DNA from: Erysipelotrichaceae bacterium
GTDB taxonomy: Bacteria; Bacillota_I; Bacilli_A; Erysipelotrichales; Erysipelotrichaceae
Length of the DNA stretch: 32,000 nt
Direction: 5' to 3'
NCBI GenBank assembly: GCA_963663995.1
Contig: OY760660.1
Location: forward strand, 1,530,001-1,562,000
The notes under the pieces are model-generated. The model did no database searches. It was not told the origin of the DNA and saw only the letters and a program-made list of their open reading frames with translations. Made by a program: the position numbers and the translations under genes. Shown here one piece after another: positions 18,001 to 25,499 of this stretch (the stretch's first letter is position 1; each line of letters starts with the position of its first letter).

Positions 18001-19092
18001 ATGGCAACATTACAATTAAAGAATATTGATAAAATTTATGATAATAATGTACAAGCTGTTTTTGATTTTAACTTAGAAATTAAAGACAAAGAATTTATTG
18101 TTTTAGTCGGTCCTTCAGGCTGTGGGAAATCAACAACCCTCAGAATGATTGCTGGACTTGAAGATATCAGTGGTGGAGAACTTTATATCAATGATGAAAT
18201 GGCAAATAATAAAGCGCCAAAAGATCGTGATATTGCGATGGTTTTCCAATCTTATGCACTTTATCCCCATATGACAGTTTTTGAAAATATGGCGTTTGGA
18301 TTAAAACTTAAAAAATTCCCAAAAGATGAAATTAAACGTCGAGTTGAAGAAGCCGCTAAAATTTTAGAAATTGATCAATACTTAGATCGCAAACCAAAAG
18401 CTTTATCCGGTGGTCAACGTCAACGTGTTGCCTTAGGTCGTGCGATCGTTCGTAATGCTTCAGTCTTCTTAATGGATGAACCACTCTCTAACTTAGATGC
18501 AAAACTTCGTGTTCAAATGCGTTCTGAAATTATTAAACTACACGAACGTTTAGGGGCAACGACTGTTTACGTTACCCATGACCAAACTGAAGCGATGACA
18601 ATGGCTAGTCGTATCGTTATTATGAAAGGTGGATATATCCAACAAGTGGGTTCACCTAAAGACGTATATAATCATCCTGCAAATATGTTTGTAGCGAACT
18701 TTATTGGAGCACCAGCTATGAACTTCATAAACGGTAAATACGAAAATAAACGTATTACGGTTTCAGAAAAATCATTCTTCATACCAGAAATGTTTCATGA
18801 TGCATTAAAACCATTTGATGGTAAAGACATTGTCTTAGGTATTCGTCCTGAAGACATTCACTATGAAAATATTGTGGCTGAAACTTTCCCTGAAGCACCA
18901 TTTGATTTCAACATTGAAGTTTCCGAACTTTTAGGACATGAATTCATTCTTCATGGTAAATTTATGGGCCAACCTATTTTAGCGAAAGTCGCATCACGTG
19001 TTGATGTCCATGCCCATGAAACAATTAAGTTATCAATGGATGTGACGAAGTTGCATTTCTTTGATCCTGAAACAACTAAAGCAATTATTTAA
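18001..19092 (+). CDS. msmX: multitask sugar ABC transporter ATP-binding protein (MsmX/MsmK/MalK family), orphan
   Basis: 363 aa with Walker [10 protein letters not shown], signature LSGGQRQR, Walker B FLMDEPLS and a MalK-type C-terminal regulatory domain. No permease genes lie adjacent. Confidence 0.9.
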   Translation: MATLQLKNIDKIYDNNVQAVFDFNLEIKDKEFIVLVGPSGCGKSTTLRMIAGLEDISGGELYINDEMANNKAPKDRDIAMVFQSYALYPHMTVFENMAFGLKLKKFPKDEIKRRVEEAAKILEIDQYLDRKPKALSGGQRQRVALGRAIVRNASVFLMDEPLSNLDAKLRVQMRSEIIKLHERLGATTVYVTHDQTEAMTMASRIVIMKGGYIQQVGSPKDVYNHPANMFVANFIGAPAMNFINGKYENKRITVSEKSFFIPEMFHDALKPFDGKDIVLGIRPEDIHYENIVAETFPEAPFDFNIEVSELLGHEFILHGKFMGQPILAKVASRVDVHAHETIKLSMDVTKLHFFDPETTKAII

Positions 19093-19097
19093 ATTTG

Positions 19098-19121
19098 AAC
19101 CCAAGTTAACTTGGGTTTTTT
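19098..19121 (+). terminator. rho-independent terminator after msmX
   Basis: AACCCAAG (19098-19105) pairs with CTTGGGTT (19110-19117). The loop is TTAA and the T-run ends at 19121, directly abutting the next gene's SD. Confidence 0.8.
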
Positions 19122-19130
19122 AAGGAGTGT

Positions 19131-20438
19131 ATGATGAACACATTAAGAAATTCTTTTATCTATCAAGTATTTGTTAGAAACTATTCAAAAGAAGGGACTT
19201 TAAAAGAAGTCAGCAAAGATCTTAAACGTCTAAAGGATTTAGGTGTCGATATTCTGTATCTCATGCCTGTTCAACCGATTGGTGTAAAAGGACGCAAAGG
19301 AACTTATGGCTCCCCTTATGCGATTAAAGATTACACAGCCATAAGTGAAGACTTAGGCACATTAGATGATTTTAAAAAGCTAAGCGATGAAGCTCATAAA
19401 AAAGGTTTAAAAGTGATGTTGGATATTGTTTTCCATCATACTGCACCAGATCATGTTTGGACGATTGAGCATCCTGATTACTATGTTTATAAAAATGGAA
19501 AGTTATCAAACAAAGTCGGTGAATGGGGCGATATTGTAGATTTTGAATATGATAATAATTCAAAGTTAATTGAATCATTAACACAAGTGTTAGAATTTTG
19601 GATGGACATGGGATGTGATGGGTTTAGGTTTGATGTCGCAAGTATGTTACCACACGAGTTCTATCAAGTAGCTGTACCAAGAATGAGAGCTAAAAATAAA
19701 GATGTCATTTTATTAGGTGAATCAATCCATTTAGAATTCCAGGATTTTTTAAGATTCCATGGTTATACTGCTTTATCTGATTCTGAACTTTATCAATATT
19801 ATGATGCCCTCTATGATTATGATGCACATGTTCCTTATGCAAACTATTTAAGACAAGATGGTGATCTTGAAGAGATGCGCAAATTCATGCGTCTTCAAGA
19901 ACAAATTTACCCAGCTGACTATGTCAAAGTGCGTAATATTGAAAACCATGATCAACCACGTAATCGCTACTACACGCAATCAGACGAGAAAACTAAACAG
20001 TGGTTAGGCTATGTCTTCTTTGCGAAGGGTTGTGCTTTCTTGAATAATGGTGTAGAAACAGGCAATGATCATCTAAATATGTTGTTTGAGAAAGATCCAA
20101 TCGATTTCAAGCATATTAAAAAAGATTGGGTAGAACTGATTAAAAAGTTAGCTGAACTTAAAAAAGATCCAATAATGGCTCAAAACTCGGGCTATAAAAT
20201 AGTGTCACATGAAAAAGATGTTCTACATTTTGAATATCATACTGATAAGGAAATACGTGTTGGTATCTTCAATGTTGGTGCCAATCGCGGTGTTCTTGAA
20301 GTCGATTTACCAGAAGGAAGCTACACAAATCTTATTGATGGTGAGTGTTTCGAAGTTCGTTTCCAAACGATACCATTAATGGACTGTCCGTTGATATTTA
20401 GTGTTGATCTAATAAATAAACAAGAAACAAATCATTAA
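19131..20438 (+). CDS. cytoplasmic GH13 alpha-amylase-family enzyme, non-canonical (GlgE-like core motifs), specificity unknown
   Basis: 435 aa with no signal peptide. Motifs are GSPYAIKDY, DIVFHHTAPDH..EHPDYY, GCDGFRFDVASM, LLGESIH and IENHDQPR. The start may be the second ATG at 19134, which has better SD spacing. Confidence 0.75.
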   Translation: MMNTLRNSFIYQVFVRNYSKEGTLKEVSKDLKRLKDLGVDILYLMPVQPIGVKGRKGTYGSPYAIKDYTAISEDLGTLDDFKKLSDEAHKKGLKVMLDIVFHHTAPDHVWTIEHPDYYVYKNGKLSNKVGEWGDIVDFEYDNNSKLIESLTQVLEFWMDMGCDGFRFDVASMLPHEFYQVAVPRMRAKNKDVILLGESIHLEFQDFLRFHGYTALSDSELYQYYDALYDYDAHVPYANYLRQDGDLEEMRKFMRLQEQIYPADYVKVRNIENHDQPRNRYYTQSDEKTKQWLGYVFFAKGCAFLNNGVETGNDHLNMLFEKDPIDFKHIKKDWVELIKKLAELKKDPIMAQNSGYKIVSHEKDVLHFEYHTDKEIRVGIFNVGANRGVLEVDLPEGSYTNLIDGECFEVRFQTIPLMDCPLIFSVDLINKQETNH

Positions 20439-20455
20439 CCGATTTGCTTCTTTTT
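20423..20455 (+). terminator. rho-independent terminator overlapping the stop of the 435-aa GH13 gene
   Basis: AGAAACAAATC (20423-20433) pairs with GATTTGCTTCT (20441-20451) with one mismatch. The 7-nt loop contains the TAA stop. A T-run follows at 20451-20455. Confidence 0.6.
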
Positions 20456-20468
20456 AATTCTTTTACTA

Positions 20469-21203
20469 TTAATATCCGCGGCGACCACGTGAGTAGTTAT
20501 TGAAGTCTCGTCCCATCATTGATGTATTTACATCACCATCTACGCGTGCTTCAAAGGCTGCTAAGTGATGTTCAGATGCATTCATTAAATTTTCAAAGAC
20601 TGTTTGGACAGCGATTGGTAAATCTAAATCGAGATAGTTTTCATATAAAGCGATATTATCGATTTCTGCTTGTACACCAATTGCATATGCTTCTTCTAAT
20701 GTATCTGGAACAACAGCGAAATCAGCTCCATTATCACTTGGAATTGCTAAGTCATAAGCTATAAAGAGATTACTTAAAGCTTCAACATGCATAGTTTCAG
20801 CATTGATTAATTGTACAAAAGGACTAACAGATCCAAATTCTTCAACTAAAGCAAGATATTCAGCGCGTGCTTTATATTCATCATTGATAAGTACTGTAAG
20901 CATTTCTTCAAGTTCAGACACATTTATATCTGTCGCTGTTAAATCTAAGTTAGTTTCATCAATGAATAAGCTTTCATCACATTGTTGATTGTTAGAGTAC
21001 ATACCGACTTCACTATCATAAGTGCTCATATGATTTCTCATATCATTAAAGTTCCATTCACTATTTGCTTGAACGGTTTGAAAGCCCATGCGACTTGAAT
21101 AAACTGAGTCTTCTACTGAATTATTTGCGCCAATTGTGTAGGCTAATGCGACTGATAAGACTAGGGTTGAGGCGGCTAAGCCATATGTTAATGTTTTGTT
21201 CAT
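20469..21203 (-). CDS. exported or membrane-anchored ferritin-like protein (DUF2202-type, two E...ExxH half-sites)
   Basis: N-terminal hydrophobic segment LAASTLVLSVALAYTIG. Duplicated four-helix motifs are DEYKARAEY...AETMHVEAL and VQAEIDNIALY...ASEHHLAAF. SD AAGGAG precedes the start. Confidence 0.65.
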   Translation of the reverse strand: MNKTLTYGLAASTLVLSVALAYTIGANNSVEDSVYSSRMGFQTVQANSEWNFNDMRNHMSTYDSEVGMYSNNQQCDESLFIDETNLDLTATDINVSELEEMLTVLINDEYKARAEYLALVEEFGSVSPFVQLINAETMHVEALSNLFIAYDLAIPSDNGADFAVVPDTLEEAYAIGVQAEIDNIALYENYLDLDLPIAVQTVFENLMNASEHHLAAFEARVDGDVNTSMMGRDFNNYSRGRRGY

Positions 21204-21217
21204 TTTTAATTGCTCCT

Positions 21218-21235
21218 TGTAGATAACTATCTACA
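21218..21235. promoter_or_regulatory. 8-2-8 perfect inverted repeat TGTAGATA-AC-TATCTACA in the 5' leader of the DUF2202 gene
   Basis: Read directly from the sequence. It abuts and overlaps by 1 nt the SD (AAGGAG is the reverse complement of 21213-21218). It is either an operator or a leader hairpin. Confidence 0.5.
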
Positions 21236-21254
21236 TGGCATAGTTTAGACTTTA

Positions 21255-21282
21255 TTTATAACGAAACTGTTACAAATGACAA
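21255..21282 (-). promoter_or_regulatory. sigma-A type promoter of the DUF2202 gene (TTGTCA, 16-nt spacer, TATAAA)
   Basis: On the minus strand, TTGTCA is at 21282-21277 and TATAAA at 21260-21255. Confidence 0.5.
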
Positions 21283-21290
21283 ACAAGTAA

Positions 21291-21316
21291 AAGAAAACCA
21301 GAATTTCTTCTGGTTT
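21291..21316 (-). terminator. rho-independent terminator of the 694-aa GH13 gene
   Basis: AAACCAGAA (21295-21303) pairs with TTCTGGTTT (21308-21316). On the minus strand the hairpin is followed by TTTTCTT. It overlaps the stop codon. Confidence 0.7.
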
Positions 21317-23399
21317 ATAACTTAATGACTAATATTTTAACTTCACCTTTTTTGAAAGCTACATCAATATGTCCATCCGATTGAATAACAATACTCTTTA
21401 ATGGGGCATTGTTCTCTGATGTAAAAATTTGTTCAACAAGTTTTCCATCAGTAATGTATTTATCAGGTAAATTTTCTAATTTAATATGATGTGTTTCATC
21501 TTCTTCACAATTGGTGTTTGCTACAACTAAAGTTATTCTACCTTTTTGTGGGTAAGCAAAACCAGCTGCTAAGTCCCAAGGGGCACTAAAGCCAAGTGGG
21601 ATAATTGATTTTGGTTTGAGAAGAACAGGTAATAAAGTTTGACGAATCTTACTTGCGTTTTCTAATGTCTCAATCATCTCCCAACGACGAGGGTGTAAAT
21701 AATGGAAACTATAACGATCAAATAAAGCGAGTTTTCCAAAGAGTGGATCACCTTTAGGAAGTGCTTCTGCTTCATTAGGACGACAGTCTAAACCAGTATT
21801 CATTGGTTGTTTTTCAAAGACTTCTTGTCCACTGTTTAAGAATGGAACGGTATTAGGTACAAATAGATTAAAGACTGATAACATTTTTGCTAACACTTCT
21901 TCACCTTTACGTGATGCTAAGCGAGGGGTATCGTGAGTTTCACCACAAGCAAAGACAACGGAAGGCATCGTGCGTGTTTTATATACGAAATCATTAAACT
22001 TACCTTCTTTAATTCTAGGTTCCATAATGAAACCATTTCCGATAATCATGTTGTAGCCTTTAGCGATACTTGCCTTTGCATTTGCTGGATCAAGTTCTTC
22101 AGCGATAAAGGAGAAGTTTGGATCTATCTTTTTAGCTTTATCAATAATCATGGTAATTAATTCAGGCGGTAAAGCATGTCCCATATCTATGCGTGCACCA
22201 TCAATCCCAAAATTATTTTGATAGTAAGGAATGACATCACTTAACATTTTCCATAAAGGTTTATTAGGTTTACTTCCTGGATTATATGATGATTTCGCTA
22301 CGTCAAATAAGATATATGGTTCAAATTCCCCTAGCTTCTTAAGATAGGGTTGTGAGTTAAGAGGGTGATCCAAATACAATCTAAAATAAGTAACATCTGA
22401 CCATGCTGGTTGGGGATCATTAATATGATCTGAGAAAGCAGGTGCAACTGTCATTTTGAAATAGGCCTGTACTAAGTCGAGAATCTCTTTTTTGTTATCT
22501 TCTGATTTATACTCTTTTACTAATTCTGCCCATTTTGCAGAATCAATTTCCTTAGGATTCTTTCTAAATTTATGTAGGTGTTCTTCGACATTTGGTGAAG
22601 AGAATAAATCTTTAAAGTATTCTTTTTTCGCAGGTAAAGTATCTTTTAAACTTTCAACCATTGGAGGAGCATAGTTCTTAAGATCTTTGTAGTCAATCCA
22701 ATAGAACCAATCTGGATGATCAACAATTAAATCCGAGTTAACAGAGTTAGTGCGAGGAATAATATCAATGACAACTTTCATATCTAATGCATGTGCAGCT
22801 TCGACAAAGGCTTTGAATTCATCTTCAACACTTGTATGATCTGCACACATTGGATCTTTTAAGAGCGGATCTAAGGCTGTGAAATTGGCTACACCATAGG
22901 GTGAGCCTAATTCACCTTTCTTATCTTTTAGAGAATATTTTGCGATTGGCAACATGTATAAAACATCGATACCTAATCGTTTTAAATTAGGTAGTAAAGC
23001 TAAGGTTTTAATGAAGGTACCTGTATCTTTTAATTGATAAAAGTTTTTATCCATCAAATAGCCAGTACGATCATGATCATAGGCAGATGAAGTACGAATC
23101 ATCATTGAATAAACGGAACTTGCTTTTATCCAATCACCATTATCTAAACCAAAAGGCACTTCATGGTTAAGGTAATAACCAGACAAAGCAGATGGTTTTT
23201 CTTTTAAGAAAACATCTTTAATTAATGAACGATAAAAATGATAAGGATTCACTAAGACGTTACCATCATGAACTGAGATTTTTTCGCCTTTATAATCAAA
23301 GTACAACCACGTATCAGGTATGGCAAAATTAAACATTTCGGGTTGATTGAGCGCTTCGTTTTCAAGTGCTTTAACAATCTTTTTTAAGTATTTACTCAT
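21315..23399 (-). CDS. large cytoplasmic GH13-family enzyme with a ~190-aa N-terminal extension, likely a glucanotransferase (maltosyltransferase/GlgE-like) rather than an amylase
   Basis: Start moved to the ATG at 23399 (MSKYLKK...), because SD AGAGGTGA sits too close to the GTG at 23405. Motifs are GSPYGVANF, VVIDIIPRTNS (no canonical NH), DHPDWFYW, GIDGARIDMGHALP, FIAEELD and GETHDTPR. Confidence 0.7.
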   Translation of the reverse strand: MSKYLKKIVKALENEALNQPEMFNFAIPDTWLYFDYKGEKISVHDGNVLVNPYHFYRSLIKDVFLKEKPSALSGYYLNHEVPFGLDNGDWIKASSVYSMMIRTSSAYDHDRTGYLMDKNFYQLKDTGTFIKTLALLPNLKRLGIDVLYMLPIAKYSLKDKKGELGSPYGVANFTALDPLLKDPMCADHTSVEDEFKAFVEAAHALDMKVVIDIIPRTNSVNSDLIVDHPDWFYWIDYKDLKNYAPPMVESLKDTLPAKKEYFKDLFSSPNVEEHLHKFRKNPKEIDSAKWAELVKEYKSEDNKKEILDLVQAYFKMTVAPAFSDHINDPQPAWSDVTYFRLYLDHPLNSQPYLKKLGEFEPYILFDVAKSSYNPGSKPNKPLWKMLSDVIPYYQNNFGIDGARIDMGHALPPELITMIIDKAKKIDPNFSFIAEELDPANAKASIAKGYNMIIGNGFIMEPRIKEGKFNDFVYKTRTMPSVVFACGETHDTPRLASRKGEEVLAKMLSVFNLFVPNTVPFLNSGQEVFEKQPMNTGLDCRPNEAEALPKGDPLFGKLALFDRYSFHYLHPRRWEMIETLENASKIRQTLLPVLLKPKSIIPLGFSAPWDLAAGFAYPQKGRITLVVANTNCEEDETHHIKLENLPDKYITDGKLVEQIFTSENNAPLKSIVIQSDGHIDVAFKKGEVKILVIKL

Positions 23400-23417
23400 A
23401 GTCACCTCTTTCTTTTA

Positions 23418-23460
23418 ATCATATCATAATAAAAGCGCTTTCAATTGTGCACATAACACA
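23418..23460 (-). promoter_or_regulatory. composite promoter of the 694-aa GH13 gene: TGTGT-N5-GCACA box, cre-like TGAAAGCGCTTTTA, extended -10 TGATATGAT
   Basis: On the minus strand the box is at 23460-23446, the cre-like operator at 23443-23430 (13/14), TG at 23426-23425 and TATGAT at 23423-23418. It is colinear with the msmX promoter. Confidence 0.55.
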
Positions 23461-23488
23461 AGATTCGTTGTGAATTTTTAGGTTGAAA

Positions 23489-23497
23489 TGTTAAAAT
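23489..23497 (+). promoter_or_regulatory. extended -10 element TGTTAAAAT for the MalE-like gene; predicts a leaderless or near-leaderless mRNA
   Basis: TAAAAT ends at 23497 and the ATG starts at 23504. No SD lies between them. The 9-mer is identical to the one in the ptsH promoter. Confidence 0.4.
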
Positions 23498-23503
23498 GAC
23501 ACA

Positions 23504-24841
23504 ATGAAACACAGTGTCTATTTAGGGCTTTCAATTTTAATAAGTATTAATGCTTTGATGCTTACTTATGCACAGGTTACAGCAGATCGTACGTGTGAAG
23601 AAGGCGAAGCTTTAGTCTGTTTTGATGAAAATTATCAAGCGTTTCATGTAGAAGAAAATGCTGAAGTAAAAGTGGAAGTTATAACAGAAGCATATGGTGA
23701 AGCTTTAGTAGATTTATGGAATGAAAAATATCCAGATCATCTCAATGCTTTAAGCTATGTTGTTGGGGAAGATCAAGAGAGTGATATAAAATATGTTTCA
23801 ATGACATCTGCATTATTCAGAATGAATGAATGGATGGCTTTAGATAGACCCGAAAAGTTTAACTCATTAGATAAAGTAGCAACTGAAATTAATTATGATC
23901 ATCTTTTGTTTATCCCATCAGCTGCAGATGGTTTTGCCTTTATTAGTAATATCGATAAACTAATAGAATTAGAAATATCTACGGAAGACTTAAATAAAGA
24001 CTATCTTGTGGATTCGTTGGATAGTTTTAATAAAATTCAAACACAATTTCAAGGATTAACTATTGATTCGCATATCATGCATTTAAGTTTAAATGAACCT
24101 TATGTCTTCTATCCTTTTTTAACTGCCAAGAATTGGGAATTATTTGCAGATAATAGTGCTTATAATCCAGGTTTTGAAGAGGCTTCATTTTTAGAGAGTC
24201 TAAAATTTATAGAATTGATGTCTGACTTTCAATGGAATGGCCAAAACGCACAAACATCAGATAATTATCATTGGGAATATATCACAGCTTTGGAAAACAA
24301 TGACTTTGTTTTTTCAATTGTTGCGAGTTGGATGTTTGTTGATGCGCTAGAAGAAAAAATTGAAGGTAATTGGCAAATTTCTCATTTCCCATCTTATACA
24401 GATGAAGATAATCCATTAAGTCCACTTCTAACCAATGTTTATGGTTATGTTTTAGATAAAGATGTTGAATATCCAAGTATGGCACATGAGGTTTTAAGAC
24501 TAATGAGATCAGTTTCTGGATTTGAAGCTTTCTTTAATAACACAGCGATTATTCCGTTATACCCAAACAATAAATATACTTTATTAAACTTAGAAGATAG
24601 TACACGACTACAATTCTCTCAAGCTTTAAGTTATGGACAAACTGAACCTTTAATTGCTTTTGAAAATGATCCAACAAGATCAGCTTTTTCTATCTATTAT
24701 GATATTGATTTTATGGAAATAATCCGTCGACTTTGGGATGGCGAAATTAGTGCTGAGGAAGCACAAATTGAAATATGTTTGAAATCTGATGCATGGTTAT
24801 ATCAACATGAGCAAAAAATTAGCTATGATGGTGTTAAATAA
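23504..24841 (+). CDS. secreted family-1 solute-binding protein, MalE-like (orphan, no lipobox)
   Basis: N-terminal signal MKHSVYLGLSILISINALMLTYAQ. By eye it is colinear with E. coli MalE, for example LSLNEPYVFYPFLTA against FNLQEPYFTWPLIAA, and a C-terminal SAFSIYYD...GEISAEEA segment. No permease genes are nearby. Confidence 0.6.
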   Translation: MKHSVYLGLSILISINALMLTYAQVTADRTCEEGEALVCFDENYQAFHVEENAEVKVEVITEAYGEALVDLWNEKYPDHLNALSYVVGEDQESDIKYVSMTSALFRMNEWMALDRPEKFNSLDKVATEINYDHLLFIPSAADGFAFISNIDKLIELEISTEDLNKDYLVDSLDSFNKIQTQFQGLTIDSHIMHLSLNEPYVFYPFLTAKNWELFADNSAYNPGFEEASFLESLKFIELMSDFQWNGQNAQTSDNYHWEYITALENNDFVFSIVASWMFVDALEEKIEGNWQISHFPSYTDEDNPLSPLLTNVYGYVLDKDVEYPSMAHEVLRLMRSVSGFEAFFNNTAIIPLYPNNKYTLLNLEDSTRLQFSQALSYGQTEPLIAFENDPTRSAFSIYYDIDFMEIIRRLWDGEISAEEAQIEICLKSDAWLYQHEQKISYDGVK

Positions 24842-24842
24842 T

Positions 24843-25499
24843 ATGCAAGATTGGACAGAATTTTTAAAAAATGAATTTAAAGAGGACTATTTTCTCGCCT
24901 TGAGTAAAAAACTAAAAGAGGCTTATAAAAATAGTGTGGTGTATCCACCACATGATCAAGTGTTTTCTGCTTTTTCATATGCTCATTTTGAAGATTTAAA
25001 AGTGGTTATTGTCGGACAAGATCCATACCATCAAGTCAATCAAGCACATGGTTTATGTTTCTCAGTTTCAAAAGGAATTAAAATTCCACCCAGTCTTAGA
25101 AACATTTATAAAGAATTAAAAAGTGATATAGGCTGTGAAAGTCCAGATCATGGGTATTTAGTAGACTGGGCAAAACAAGGTGTTTTATTATTAAATGCTT
25201 CATTAACGGTTGAAGACAGTAAACCAATGTCTCATAAAGATTATGGTTGGTCGACATTTTACCAACATGTATTAGAAAAGTGTAATGATCATCCACAAGC
25301 CTGTGTTTTCATTTTATGGGGACGACACGCACAAAATGCAAAAGCCTTTATTACTAAACCAAGACATCTCATTATAGAAGCAGCCCATCCTTCGCCATTA
25401 TCAGCGCATAATGGATTCTTTGGTTCAAAACCTTTTTCAAAAACAAATGCATTTCTAAATCAACAAAATAGAGAAATGATAGATTGGTGTATCAAATGA
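24843..25499 (+). CDS. ung: uracil-DNA glycosylase (family 1)
   Basis: Start moved to the ATG at 24843 (MQDWTEFLKNEF...). Motifs are GQDPYH, LLLNASLTV and HPSPLSA. Confidence 0.93.
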   Translation: MQDWTEFLKNEFKEDYFLALSKKLKEAYKNSVVYPPHDQVFSAFSYAHFEDLKVVIVGQDPYHQVNQAHGLCFSVSKGIKIPPSLRNIYKELKSDIGCESPDHGYLVDWAKQGVLLLNASLTVEDSKPMSHKDYGWSTFYQHVLEKCNDHPQACVFILWGRHAQNAKAFITKPRHLIIEAAHPSPLSAHNGFFGSKPFSKTNAFLNQQNREMIDWCIK

